A stretch of DNA of 64,000 nucleotides from Candidatus Bathyarchaeota archaeon (lineage in GTDB: Archaea > Thermoproteota > Bathyarchaeia > TCS64), in assembly GCA_963771885.1 (NCBI GenBank), contig CAVYVF010000023.1:96001-160000 (forward strand), written 5' to 3'. Below are positions 20,328 through 30,965 of the stretch, piece after piece. Each line of letters begins with the position of its first letter. Position 1 is the first letter of the stretch. The position numbers and the translations under genes are program-made. The notes beneath the pieces were generated by a model, which saw nothing but the letters and a program-made list of their open reading frames with translations, was not told the DNA's origin and ran no database searches.

Positions 20328-21290
20328 TTAAGGCTTCTTCAAGATGTCGCGCAGCATGTCTGCAGTGAGGTTTCCCCCGCTAAGAACGACGCCCACCTTC
20401 TTGCCCTCGAGATCCCCGTGCATCTTGGTCACCGCCGCGAGGCTAGCCGCCCCCGCCCCCTCGGCAATCGTATGCGCCTTCTCCACGTAGAGCCTTATCG
20501 CCGCCCTCATCTCCTCCTCGGAGACGAGGACGAATCCGTCGAGGTTGCGCCTCATGATCTCCAAAGGTAGCTCGAAGGCGCTACGCGTCGCGAGTCCATC
20601 AGCGAAGGTCTTCGACTTCCCTGTGCTCTCCATCCGCCCACTCCTCCAGCTCTGGTAGACGCTCTGCGCCTCCTCCGCCTGGACACCGATCACCTTCGTT
20701 CCAGGGGACATTGCCTTGTAGACAGTTGATACGCCCGAGGCGCCCGAGCCCCCGCCGATTGGCACAATGACCACGTCGAGGTCCGGCTGATCCTCAACCA
20801 TCTCAAGCCCTATGGTGCCTACGCCGGCGATGAGGTGCGGCTCGTTGCCGCTGTGCACGTACCTCGCCCCCTGCTCCCAGGCGAGCCTCTCCGCGTTGTT
20901 CTTCGCCTCCTCGAAGTCGGCGCCTTCCTCAACGATCTCAGCGCCGTAGCTCCTGATGGCACGCACCTTATCGGGGTTCGGATTCTTGGGGACGCAGACG
21001 GTCGCCTTGACGCCGAACATCCTGCAAGCAAGCGCGATGGACTGTCCGTGATTCCCCGTCGAAGCCGTCACCACGCCCTTCAGCCTCTCGTCGTTGCTGA
21101 GCTGGCTGATGAGGTTGATACCTCCCCTGATCTTGAAGGCACATGTCGGCTGGTGGTTCTCATGCTTCACGTAGACCTCGCAGCCGACCATCTCGGATAA
21201 GGCGCTGTACTCGCGCAGAGGCGTTCTCGCAAGATAGGGCTGTATCCTCTTCTGGGCAGCAATAACATCCAGGAGTGTAGGCGCGTACAT
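20328..21290 (-). CDS. Threonine/serine dehydratase (PLP fold II, no ACT domain)
   Basis: KHENHQPTCAFKIRG, ASTGNHG, PIGGGSG, VLSGGN. Confidence 0.9.
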   Translation of the reverse strand: MYAPTLLDVIAAQKRIQPYLARTPLREYSALSEMVGCEVYVKHENHQPTCAFKIRGGINLISQLSNDERLKGVVTASTGNHGQSIALACRMFGVKATVCVPKNPNPDKVRAIRSYGAEIVEEGADFEEAKNNAERLAWEQGARYVHSGNEPHLIAGVGTIGLEMVEDQPDLDVVIVPIGGGSGASGVSTVYKAMSPGTKVIGVQAEEAQSVYQSWRSGRMESTGKSKTFADGLATRSAFELPLEIMRRNLDGFVLVSEEEMRAAIRLYVEKAHTIAEGAGAASLAAVTKMHGDLEGKKVGVVLSGGNLTADMLRDILKKP

Positions 21291-21379
21291 TGTACTCGCC
21301 CAATTCTTGGACGCCCGGATTAATAACAGGCACTGGCTCGATGCACGTCTAGATGACAGGCGGGGATGAGCTCGGGTGG

Positions 21380-22173
21380 CTAAATGTACAGGTCTCTCTT
21401 GGCGTACGTCAGATATGCGCCCGCCATGCTAACCAAAACGATCACAAGCGACAGACCCACGAAAGCCAGATCGATCCTCGACTCGTGAAGCATCGCGACC
21501 GCATCGAAGTACTTGAAGGGGGAGAAGTATTTGAGAAAGTCGAGGTTGCCGTCCAAGGTAGAGACGATGGAGATGAAGTAGGTTCCCAGCAGCACTGACA
21601 CTGCCAGAGAGCTGGCCTGTTTGTACCGTTTCATGGCGCAACCCAGGAAAATGCCGATGGAGAGAAACGTCAACTGCATGATGAACAGCGCCAACATGCA
21701 CAGGCTCAGAAAGCTGTAGAAACTGGCGTCGGGATGATAGCGCTGCACACTTGCTAGGGATATTCCCCAGGTGATGAGCAGCAGACAGATGCAGTTGACA
21801 AGCGCCGCAAGGGTCTTGGCGGTAACAAGGCGGCTGCGGGTCACTGGCAAGGTCAGAGAGAACTCGACGGTTTTGTCGCGTTCCTCCTTCGAGATGATGT
21901 CGCTGCCCCACATCGTCGCCGCGATGGACAGGAGGAGCGCGTAGTAAGTGAACATGACCCCAAAGAAGCCGCTGACGTGGTCAGGTTAAACGCGAGGAGA
22001 TTGAACGCCGCCAGCAGAGCCGGGGGCATGGCGTCCAGTATCGCCAACATCTCCGGGTTCTCGTAGTAGGCTGAAAACTTGGACATGCCTATCGAGACGA
22101 ACAGGACCACAATGACTCCCCAGATGAGCAGCGATCTCAGGTTCGCCTTCAGTTCCCTCATGAAGATGTTCAT
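21380..22173 (-). CDS. ABC-2 type exporter permease; apparent indel near 21978
   Basis: MNIFMRELK…, SKEERDKTVEFSLTLPVTR, KYFSPFKYF. Confidence 0.85.
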
Positions 22174-22185
22174 GTGTTGATCTCC

Positions 22186-22990
22186 TCACACCACCGCGGG
22201 GATATCCCGCCTGCTATAGAGCACGTAGCTGCCAACCAGAGAAGATACAATCACCGAGACACTGAGCAGCACCAGAGGCAGATCATAGGACCCCTGCTGG
22301 ATGATGTAGTTGGGGTCGAAGTGCTTGAAGGGAGTCATCTTCTCCAGAATGTTCTCGCCAAGCATGTCGCCGAAGATGCTAAGCACATACATCCCGAACC
22401 CAAGCGCCATCGAGTAGGGCGTCACGCTCCTGATCCTCTTCACCAACAGCGAAATCACCAGGCCGACGCTCAGGAAGAACAGCTGGAACACGACGATGCT
22501 CAGCAGCAACAGCAGCAGCGTGCCTGTCTCAAAGGTTCTATCCCCCTTGAACAGGTTGAGGGATGCGAAACTGCTGATCCAGACGACGATGTTTGTGATG
22601 GTCAACCCGACGAATGCGGCGAGCAGTTTGCTGGTTAGTATCTGGGTGCGCTCCACGGGCTTGGCCAACAGGAAATCCGCCGTCCACTCTCTCTCCTCGA
22701 CCGAGACCAGCGAAAACCCGTAATTCGCCGCCTGGATCGCCAGGCAGATCTGGACGAAGAGGAAGACAAAGCCGAAGTAGCCGAGGGGTGTTGAGAGGTC
22801 CACGCCGTTCATGCCGAAGGCGATGAGCAGTTCCTTCGGGAAATTGGCCATCATCTCGTTTAGAAGCCCCACCTGCTGCGAGAATGAGGAGAATAATGAA
22901 ACAAAGACAAATATCAGCGCCGCCACTGCCACCGACCAGGTGAACGACTGACCCCAGGTGCATCTTGAACTCATGTCGGAAGATGTTCAT
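22186..22990 (-). CDS. ABC-2 type exporter permease; apparent indel near 22945
   Basis: MNIFRHEFK…, SVEEREWTADFLLAKP, TPFKHF; paralog of the downstream permease. Confidence 0.85.
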
Positions 22991-23007
22991 GGCCATGAAG
23001 TCATCCC

Positions 23008-23880
23008 CTACTCGTAATAATGCATGAAGATCTCTTCCAGCGTCGGCTCCTCGATCGTCACATCGGAGACCTTCATCCCGCCGATCTTGTGCATGACCGC
23101 GTTGATGTCGCCCTTGTAGAAGAAGCGGACCGCGCCGTTGTGGTGCTCCAGATTGGTCACGCCGGGGATGTCGAAATAAGCAGCGTCGAGACTGTCGGCC
23201 ACCACCCTGAATTTCTTGTAGTTGTTCTGCTGCAGGGTGCGGATATCCGCCATCTCGATGATCTTGCCTTCCTTGATGATGGCCACACGGTTACACATCC
23301 GCTGCACCTCGCCGAGGATGTGCGAGGAGAAGAAGATGGTCACCCCGCGCTGATTCTCTTCCTTGATGAGCTGGAAGAATTTGCGCTGCATGAGCGGGTC
23401 GAGGCCAGCGGTCGGCTCGTCGAGGAGAAGCAGCTTGGGCCGATGCTGGAGACCCTGGACGATGCCTACTTTCTTCCGGTTGCCATAGGAGAGGTCTTCG
23501 ATGCGGCGATCCAGCTCGAGCTCCATCAGCTCAGCCAACTCGTGCATGCGCTTGGTGCTGTCCTGAGGGTAGAAACTGGCCGAGTACTTGAGCAGGTCGA
23601 TGACCTTCATGCGGTCGTAGTAGAAAACCTCGGAGGGCAGGTACCCGATGTCCCGTCTGAGCTCAGGCCCGTACTTGATGCAGTCCTTGCCGAAGATCGT
23701 GGCGCTGCCGCTGGTGGGATGGATCAGTGACAACAGCAACCGGATCGTGGTCGATTTACCCGCCCCATTTGGCCCGATGAAGCCAAAAATCTCCCCCTCA
23801 TCGACTTGAAACGAAATATCATCGATGCCCCGGGCTTTGCCATAGTACTTTGTCAGATGCTGGGCTTCAATAACACTCAT
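23008..23880 (-). CDS. ABC transporter ATP-binding protein
   Basis: GPNGAGKST, LSYGN, LLLLDEPT, SSH. Confidence 0.95.
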   Translation of the reverse strand: MSVIEAQHLTKYYGKARGIDDISFQVDEGEIFGFIGPNGAGKSTTIRLLLSLIHPTSGSATIFGKDCIKYGPELRRDIGYLPSEVFYYDRMKVIDLLKYSASFYPQDSTKRMHELAELMELELDRRIEDLSYGNRKKVGIVQGLQHRPKLLLLDEPTAGLDPLMQRKFFQLIKEENQRGVTIFFSSHILGEVQRMCNRVAIIKEGKIIEMADIRTLQQNNYKKFRVVADSLDAAYFDIPGVTNLEHHNGAVRFFYKGDINAVMHKIGGMKVSDVTIEEPTLEEIFMHYYE

Positions 23881-24094
23881 GGTGACACACTCAGTGATTA
23901 CTTCTCTACCCGGGACGCACAGCGATACGAATACGCACGTCTATAAATGATTCAGTCAGGCAGCCAATATTTAAACCAGTTTTATCCTCATCTCGAAGAA
24001 CACTACCAACCAAATGGAAGAGCGTTCTAGCAGCGGCGACTCAAAATCGTTGAAAAAGACAGTTATTCCACGTTTAAAAGAGCATCTTAGTGGG

Positions 24095-25261
24095 CTAGGC
24101 GAAGACCTTCTCGAACCTCTCCACCAACTCCTTCTCCTGCCCGGGCAGCAGCATCAGGGTGTTGATGATGAAGTTGTTGCTGTCCCCCCAGTACCTGACC
24201 CAGATCTCCGGGTCCCCCTCTTTCAGATCCTTCACGATCTTCGACACCTCCTCGATACTACTGTCGACGAAGTGGATGTTCAGGCCGAGGGTGTTATAGG
24301 CGATCCCCGTCCCGCTCTTTGGTAACCAAGTTATCCTCGCCTCCTTAAGCCCCGGCAGCTTCCTAATCCGCTTCTCGATGTACTGCGCCCTCTTCCAAGC
24401 CGGCGCAATCCTCTCCGCCTCATGGTCAAGCGCCATCCAACGCTTGAACGCAACTATGAGCCCAACGATCTCCTGCCTGTCAAGTTTGTAGCCGCGGCCG
24501 ATTCCTCTCCACTTCCCTGGCGTCTCGTCGGGACCACTCTCAGCCCCGATGAAGCTGTGGAGCATCATCGCCTCGATCAGGTCCTTCTTCCCGATGGCGA
24601 AGCCCGTGCTGTTGGGCCCAAGGACGTACTTGCCACCGAATGCAACGACGTCCGCCCCCATGTCCATGTAGGACTTGAAGTTGCTCGTCGGGTACGTCAT
24701 CCCCGCGGCGTCCACGATGACGGGTATCCCATGGCTGTGAGCCATCTTGAGAAGCTCCTTTAACCCTGGTACACCCCTCTTCGGCCCAGTGGGGAAAGCG
24801 TAGTGGATCGCCGCTGTCTTCTCAGTTATGGCGGCCTCGAACTCTGTCACGCTACAGCCCCAGTTCTCGTCGCCCACCATAACGAAATGCCCACCCGCGA
24901 CCTCCATGGCGCGGTCGTAGACGTAGAGCCTGTTACACCTCTGGATGATGATCTCGTTCTTCATGCCCTCCGTGTTGGGGAGGCGCCGCATCTTCTCAGG
25001 GTCCCTCCCAGCGATGCAGGCGGCCGCCGCGAGGGTGAGCGCGGCGAATCCGCCGCTCGTAATTAGGGCGGCCTCCGCCCCCGTCCCCTTCGCGATTATC
25101 TGGCCCCCCTTCACCATGAGGTCCCACATGTTGCAGTAACCCTCGTTCGCCCTCTCCATCGCCTCCTGAACCTCCTTCGGCACGGTGCTACCGCCGAGGC
25201 GGGTAAGGGCGAAAGCGGCGTTCACGACGCGCTTGACGCCAATCTCAGAATAGACGCTCAT
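24095..25261 (-). CDS. SelA-like / DgaE-like PLP-dependent enzyme
   Basis: VVNAxxxLTRLGGS, VIVDAA, FGGKYVLGPNSTG, IGRGYK. Confidence 0.8.
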   Translation of the reverse strand: MSVYSEIGVKRVVNAAFALTRLGGSTVPKEVQEAMERANEGYCNMWDLMVKGGQIIAKGTGAEAALITSGGFAALTLAAAACIAGRDPEKMRRLPNTEGMKNEIIIQRCNRLYVYDRAMEVAGGHFVMVGDENWGCSVTEFEAAITEKTAAIHYAFPTGPKRGVPGLKELLKMAHSHGIPVIVDAAGMTYPTSNFKSYMDMGADVVAFGGKYVLGPNSTGFAIGKKDLIEAMMLHSFIGAESGPDETPGKWRGIGRGYKLDRQEIVGLIVAFKRWMALDHEAERIAPAWKRAQYIEKRIRKLPGLKEARITWLPKSGTGIAYNTLGLNIHFVDSSIEEVSKIVKDLKEGDPEIWVRYWGDSNNFIINTLMLLPGQEKELVERFEKVFA

Positions 25262-25302
25262 AAATGGGAGAAGAGCCATGAGCCGATAAAACAGTTTGGG
25301 GC

Positions 25303-25770
25303 TCAGCGATCCTCTTCGAGGCCACGTTCGCGGCGGAGGAAGTCGCCCACATCGAAGATGTTCCTCAGGAGGGTCCTCCCCCCCTGCACTTCAACCCGCC
25401 CGTATCCGAGGCAGTCGCCGCCCATCATGACGAGGAAGTAAGCCCCATCAGCTAGCTCCCCCTCCGACTTGGTGACGCTCTCGGCGAAGACGTCCCGCCC
25501 GCAGGCAAAGAGCCACCCAACGCGCTCGTCCACCCACACCTTATGCGACCCCTCCATCCCCCCCAACTCGCGCAGCAGCCCCGCCCCGGGGATGAACTCC
25601 CCCTTCGTCCGCCCTAGCAGCTTACCCGCGTAGATCAACCTCCCTTTGTCGTGGATCCGCGCCGAGACCACAGGGGCAACGACGAAGCGCCTGTTGTTCA
25701 AACTGATTCTCTCCCCCGCCGGCTCGTAAACGACGCCGATTGCCGCGAGGAAATCCTTCAACTCCCTCAC
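25303..25770 (-). CDS. NIP7-like PUA-domain ribosome biogenesis protein
   Basis: LFACGRDVF, LGYG, DVGDFLRRE; 4-bp overlap with the upstream m5C methyltransferase. Confidence 0.75.
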   Translation of the reverse strand: MRELKDFLAAIGVVYEPAGERISLNNRRFVVAPVVSARIHDKGRLIYAGKLLGRTKGEFIPGAGLLRELGGMEGSHKVWVDERVGWLFACGRDVFAESVTKSEGELADGAYFLVMMGGDCLGYGRVEVQGGRTLLRNIFDVGDFLRRERGLEEDR

Positions 25771-26690
25771 GACTTCACCACCTTAGCGACGAAGAAGCCC
25801 TGCGTCCCCGTCTCATCGGGCCAGAACCTCCGGCACCTCGCCACCTCTGGGCTCAGAGTCCTCCCCAGCACCTCCGTCAGAGCTGGACTGCCCGGCCCCG
25901 CCACCTCCTCGAGCCTAACAGGATGATTCTCAATGAGCCACTGGGCGTTGAACTCGTCCTCCTCAGGCTCGAGGCTGCATGTGGTGTAGACGAGCGTCCC
26001 ACCAGGCTTCAGCAGGCCCACAGCGGCGCCGAGGAGCCTCCTCTGCTCCAGTGAGTTCTTCTCCACATCCCCGATGTCCCGCTTCCTGAACCACTCACTG
26101 TCAGTGACGTAATTGCCGGAGCAGGGGGCGTCGAGCAGAATCTTGTCGAATAGCTCGCCCCCGTAGTCGAGACTGGTGGCGTCGGCGCAGTAGGCGACGC
26201 AGTTCTCCACGCCTAGGCGCTCGAGTGTGTTCTCCAGAGCGTAGAGGCGATCCCTCTTCACATCAACGGCGACGATTGCTCCAGCGTTACCCATCCATGC
26301 CGCCGCCTGAGCCGTCTTCCCCCCGGGAGCGGCGCACATGTCAAGCACGACCTCACCCCCCGCCGGGGCTAACACCTCGATTGGGAACTGAGCTGCCGCC
26401 TCCTGAATTGCGTAGAGGCCGAGCAGATACTCGAAGCTCGCCCCGACGCTCGACTCACCCCCCTCGACATAGAAGCCATCACGAAGCCAAGGTATCGGCG
26501 TCAGCTTCACACCCCTCGCGGTGAGCTTCTGCCCAAGCTCTTCCCTTCCAGCGAGAAGCGTATTGACCCTGATCGCACGCCGCGTCCTCTCGCCGCCAGT
26601 AAGCTCGTGCCCCATTGCCCTGTAACGGTCGAGGAAGATATCGGCACCCATGAGACGCTTCTCAGCCGGAGGCGATTTAACCGTTCCCAC
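25767..26690 (-). CDS. RsmB/NOP2/NSUN family RNA m5C methyltransferase
   Basis: LDMCAAPGGKT, LLDAPCSG, YTTCSLEPEEDE, GFFVAK. Confidence 0.92.
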   Translation of the reverse strand: MGTVKSPPAEKRLMGADIFLDRYRAMGHELTGGERTRRAIRVNTLLAGREELGQKLTARGVKLTPIPWLRDGFYVEGGESSVGASFEYLLGLYAIQEAAAQFPIEVLAPAGGEVVLDMCAAPGGKTAQAAAWMGNAGAIVAVDVKRDRLYALENTLERLGVENCVAYCADATSLDYGGELFDKILLDAPCSGNYVTDSEWFRKRDIGDVEKNSLEQRRLLGAAVGLLKPGGTLVYTTCSLEPEEDEFNAQWLIENHPVRLEEVAGPGSPALTEVLGRTLSPEVARCRRFWPDETGTQGFFVAKVVKS

Positions 26691-26743
26691 ATCAACCCAG
26701 ATTTATAGCCTCGATGCCACCCACACTTCACTGAGGCATCAAT

Positions 26744-27784
26744 TTGAGACCGCAGCTGAGAGAACTCGGCATCGAACTGGGCACGATGAAGACGGGCAGG
26801 TTGAATACTATAACAGATGTCGATGGTGTGGGTGTAGGCCACTCGACTCTCATAGAGGGTGACTCAGTTCGGACAGGGGTCACCGCCATAGTGCCTCACC
26901 AGGACAACCTCATCGAGGATAAGGTCACAGCCGCCGTCGACCTCTTCAACGCCTACGGTAAATCGACAGGGCTGCCACAGATCATCTACGAGGGCACACT
27001 CGAGACACCGATCATGCTAACAGAGACCCTGAACACATGGCGCGTCGCCGACGCCGTCGTCGACTACCACCGCGAGAGGCTCGGCCTCGAGCCACAATCA
27101 CTCAACGTGGTCGTTGGCGAGACGAACGGCGGCTACCTCACCGACAACCTCGGCAGGTACGTCGGGAAGGAGCATGTTTTTGAGGCGCTCGACATCGCCC
27201 GGAGCCCCGCGGGGAGGGGCAAGGTCCCCGAGGGAAACGTCGGCGGTGGGACGCCGATGACGGGTTACGGCTTCAAGGGGGGCATAGGCACCTCTAGCCG
27301 CGTCGGCGACGGCTTCACTGTCGGCGCTCTCGTTCAGCTCAACTGTGGCAACAAGGAGGACCTCACAATCGCAGGTGTCTCCGTCGGCAAGGAGGTTAAA
27401 CTTCCCAAGAAGCCGGAGGCGAGCCCAGGTAACAGCATCATGATGATAATCGCCACCGACATCGCGGTAGAGTCGCGCCAGCTCTGGAAGGTCGCTAAGA
27501 GGGCGACGCTTGGGTTGGCAAGGACGGGCACATACGGCGGCAACGGCAGCGGCGACTTCACCATCGCCTTCACGACCGGGAAGAAGCCACACGAGAAGTG
27601 CGGCGACGAATTCCTCAACCCCATCTACAAAGCGACAGTCGAGACGACCGAGGAGGCTGTCATAAACGCACTCTTCGCCGCCGAGACAATGAAGGGCTAC
27701 CAAGGACACGTCAGACACGCCCTCCCCCTAGACCAGGTGACAGAGATAATCGAAAAAAACCGCCGAATAGCTGGCAAGGGTTAA
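26744..27784 (+). CDS. P1/S58 self-cleaving aminopeptidase (DmpA/BapA family)
   Basis: NTITDVDGVGVGH, RTGVTAI, EGNVGGG, FKGGIGTSSR, GN|SIMMIIATD, SGDF. Confidence 0.9.
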   Translation: MRPQLRELGIELGTMKTGRLNTITDVDGVGVGHSTLIEGDSVRTGVTAIVPHQDNLIEDKVTAAVDLFNAYGKSTGLPQIIYEGTLETPIMLTETLNTWRVADAVVDYHRERLGLEPQSLNVVVGETNGGYLTDNLGRYVGKEHVFEALDIARSPAGRGKVPEGNVGGGTPMTGYGFKGGIGTSSRVGDGFTVGALVQLNCGNKEDLTIAGVSVGKEVKLPKKPEASPGNSIMMIIATDIAVESRQLWKVAKRATLGLARTGTYGGNGSGDFTIAFTTGKKPHEKCGDEFLNPIYKATVETTEEAVINALFAAETMKGYQGHVRHALPLDQVTEIIEKNRRIAGKG

Positions 27785-27818
27785 ACCTCTTCAAGCGCCA
27801 ATAGGCTCGGTGCAGTTC

Positions 27819-29155
27819 TTGGTAGGACTCAGAGGCCCCCGAATAGTCGCGGGGCCCCCCGGACCGAAGGTCACGAAGATACTCATCGACTCGGGCCTCG
27901 ACCCCGCGTCGTACTACAAGCCCAATCGTCGACGAGGCACGTGGCATCTACATCCGCGACCCGGATGGCAACGTCTTCGCTGACCTCATCTCGGGGCGAT
28001 GCGTCGTCAACACCGGCTACAACCACCCCCGCGTAGTCGAGGCCGTAAAGGCGCAGGCCGACAGGAGCATCCACTGGCAGACGGAGCAGGCTTACACCCT
28101 GATCCGTCGCCTCGAGGAGATGCTCGCCTCGGGGCCGAAGCAGGTCTACTGGGGCCAGTCGGGGAGTCTCTCTAACGACCACGCTATAAAGGCGGTGCGC
28201 CGCGCCACTGGGAAGCCGACGATCCTCAGCTTCACCGGCAGCTATCACGGTAGCACGATGGGAGCGATAAGCCTCAGTGGCTACGACCCCAGTATGAAGA
28301 GGCACTACAGTCCCCTGGTCCCGAACATCGTCCACGTCCCCTACGCGAGCTGCTACAGGTGCCCCCTCGGCCTCGAGCATCCCGGTTGCGCCCTCGCATG
28401 CCTCGCCTACATCGAGGACATCGCCTTCAAGAGCTACATCCCATGCGACGAGGTCGCCGCCGTCTTCGTCGAGCCTGTCCAGGGGGACGCGGGGTGGCAC
28501 ATACCTCCACCGGGATGGCACCAGGGTCTCAAGAGGCTATGCGAGCGCTACGGCATCCTACACGTCGCCGACGAGGTACAGATGGGCTTCGGCAGGACTG
28601 GAACATGGCTGGGGATGGATCACTGGGGGGTGAAGCCGGACGTCGTCATCCTTGGCAAGGCGATGGGCAGCGGCGTTCCCATAAGCGCCTGCGTCCTCGG
28701 CAGGGACCTGCTCGAGTCGACGGACCCCGAGCCCATCCCAATACACGCTCAGAGCTTCAGCGCCACGCCCCTCGGCACCGCCGCTGCCCATGCCACGATG
28801 GATGTGATACGCGACGAGCGCCTCCTCGAGAACTCGGAGCGTATGGGCGTCTACATGAAGAGGAGACTCACTGAGCTGATGGATGTCCACTCGTGCATGG
28901 GAGACGTCCGCGGTATAGGACTCATCATAGGCGTCGAGATAGTGAAGGACAGTGGCGAAGAAGACCCCAGACCCGGCGATGGCGAACGTCATTTGCGCCG
29001 AGGCTTTTAGGCGGGGCGTCTACACCTTAAACATGGGCAGTTACGGCGGCAAGGCCATACGCATCGCGCCGCCCCTCATCGTCACAGAGGAGCAACTCAA
29101 CACCATCGTGGGCGTCCTCGATGAATCCATGAAGACCGCCGAGGCCCGAAGCTAA
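27819..29155 (+). CDS. Class III PLP enzyme of the amino-acid racemase/epimerase or GABA-aminotransferase type; apparent indels near 27922 and 28950
   Basis: SGSLSND, SYHGST, EPVQGDAG, DEVQMGFGRTG, LGKAMG, DVRGIG. Confidence 0.85.
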
Positions 29156-29184
29156 TAAATTCCGCACACGCCTCCTCAAACATT

Positions 29185-29616
29185 ATGCTCATACCCGACT
29201 CGATCAAGCAAAAGTTGGGCAGGCACACCCACGTCATCTTCGCCACAAACGAGGGGAGCCAACCCCGAATGAGGACGATGACTCTGATCAACGACGAGCA
29301 GGGCCTCTTCTTCGCTACCGACGCGGGCACGGAGAAGATGGCGCAGCTCAAGGCGAACCCCCGCGCCGAGTTCCTCATCCAACTCAAGGAGGGAGAAAAC
29401 AACGGCTACATCCGCTGCGAGTGCCTCGCCGAGGTCGTCGAGAACCGCCGCCTACGCGCCCAGCTCTTTGAGGAGAACGCCTTCATCGGCAAGCTCTGGA
29501 AGGGGCCCGATGACCCGGCGCTCGCCATCGTAAGGCTCAGGTCTAAGGCATTCTACCTGCTCGAGCCAGGGAAGTGGACGGTCGATACAATTATGGTCGA
29601 GTCGGGGACTGAATAG
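29185..29616 (+). CDS. Pyridoxamine 5'-phosphate oxidase-like FMN-binding split-barrel protein
   Basis: FAT…QPRMRTM, FFAT…KMAQLKANP, W.GPDDP. Confidence 0.8.
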   Translation: MLIPDSIKQKLGRHTHVIFATNEGSQPRMRTMTLINDEQGLFFATDAGTEKMAQLKANPRAEFLIQLKEGENNGYIRCECLAEVVENRRLRAQLFEENAFIGKLWKGPDDPALAIVRLRSKAFYLLEPGKWTVDTIMVESGTE

Positions 29617-30912
29617 TCACTTAGTGAACGTTTTCACGAAATCCTCGGTGGCCACTAGGTAAGCGTCTATGTCCTCCTTGGTGTGTGGGCTGCTTATCCA
29701 GCAGTGGCTGACCGTGGGGCTCAGGTAGATGATGCCCCTGTCGAGCATGTGCGCGAAATAAGCCTTCGTCGTCGGTATGTCGTTCCTGGCGCAATCGGCG
29801 GCGCTGCGTGGTATCCTGGGCTGGAAGTGTATGGCGAAGGTGGAGCCGACGCCGGTCACCGTCGCGGGAATCCCGCCGCGCCCAAAGATTTCCTCTAGCC
29901 CCGCCCTCATTCGCTTCCCCAGCCTGTCGATGTCAATGTAGACCTTCCCGTCCTTTAGCTGGTCGAGGGTCGCACAGCCCGCCACCATACTGATTGGGTT
30001 ACCGGTGAAAGTGCCTCCGTGGGCGACACGCTCCTCGGCCTTCGGGTACTTCCTCTGGTCGAGGCGCCCCATGATCTCCTCCGAGGCACAGAAGGCGCCA
30101 ATCGGGAAGCCCCCGCCGACGACCTTGCCGAGGATCGTCATGTCGGGCTTGACGCCGTAGAGCTCCTGTGCACCCCCAGGTGAAAGGCGGAACCCTGTTA
30201 TGACCTCGTCAAAGATGAGTAGCGTCTCCGTTTCGGTGCAGACCTCGCGGAGGCTCTGCAGGTAGCCCGGCTCGGGGGTGAGGAAGCCGGCGGCGCCCAT
30301 GACGGGTTCGAGAATCATACAGGCGTACTCTCTTGTCTTTAGCTTCTTGCGGGCTGCCTCTGAGTCATTGTAAGGGACGGCGTCGGTGTCCTCCGTCGTC
30401 TTGGGGTTGAGGCCCGCCGACTCCGACTTCGTATATGGGTAGCTGACCGCCTTATGCAGGCTGTCGTATCCGCCGTGCCAGCCACCCTCAATCTTGAGCA
30501 TCTTCATCCGCCCCGTGTAACCACGTGCGAGACGCGTGCCGTAGAGGTTCGCCTCCGTGCCGCTGGCGCAATAGCGCACCTGTTCCGCGGAGGGCACATT
30601 CCTTACGATGCGCTCTGCCAGCTCGATCTCCAGTTCGTGGCTGAAACCTAGGTGTGTCCCGAGGGGGAGCTGCTTCTTCACCGCGTCCATGACCCGCTTT
30701 GGGCTGTGGCCGAGGATGAGTGCACCGTGGCCGACCCAGTAGTCGGTGTACTCGTTGCCGTCGACATCTCTGAGCTTGACGCCGTGTGCCTCCTCGACGA
30801 AGAAGGGGTATGGGGGGAGCGCCCTGATACCGTAGCTGACGCCAGCCGGTAGAACTTTGCACGCCCTGTCGTAGAGTTCCTTTGACTTTGGAGTCTTGCC
30901 AGCATACACCAA
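29617..30912 (-). CDS. Glutamate-1-semialdehyde aminomutase-like class III aminotransferase
   Basis: DVDGNEYTDY, SGTEA, GWHG, FDEVITGFR, GKVVGGGFP, GTFTGNP; true HemL function not established. Confidence 0.8.
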   Translation of the reverse strand: MVYAGKTPKSKELYDRACKVLPAGVSYGIRALPPYPFFVEEAHGVKLRDVDGNEYTDYWVGHGALILGHSPKRVMDAVKKQLPLGTHLGFSHELEIELAERIVRNVPSAEQVRYCASGTEANLYGTRLARGYTGRMKMLKIEGGWHGGYDSLHKAVSYPYTKSESAGLNPKTTEDTDAVPYNDSEAARKKLKTREYACMILEPVMGAAGFLTPEPGYLQSLREVCTETETLLIFDEVITGFRLSPGGAQELYGVKPDMTILGKVVGGGFPIGAFCASEEIMGRLDQRKYPKAEERVAHGGTFTGNPISMVAGCATLDQLKDGKVYIDIDRLGKRMRAGLEEIFGRGGIPATVTGVGSTFAIHFQPRIPRSAADCARNDIPTTKAYFAHMLDRGIIYLSPTVSHCWISSPHTKEDIDAYLVATEDFVKTFTK

Positions 30913-30965
30913 CCATGTATCCCCTGTGTTGGATGATGGTGAAGTGTTGGCGGTAAAAAGGTTGA

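Noticed and set aside
10213..30958. Shared GGCGGTAAAA about 35 nt upstream of two minus-strand genes (10213 and 30949)
   Set aside because: Only two copies at TATA-box distance; best explained as similar core promoters, not a regulon
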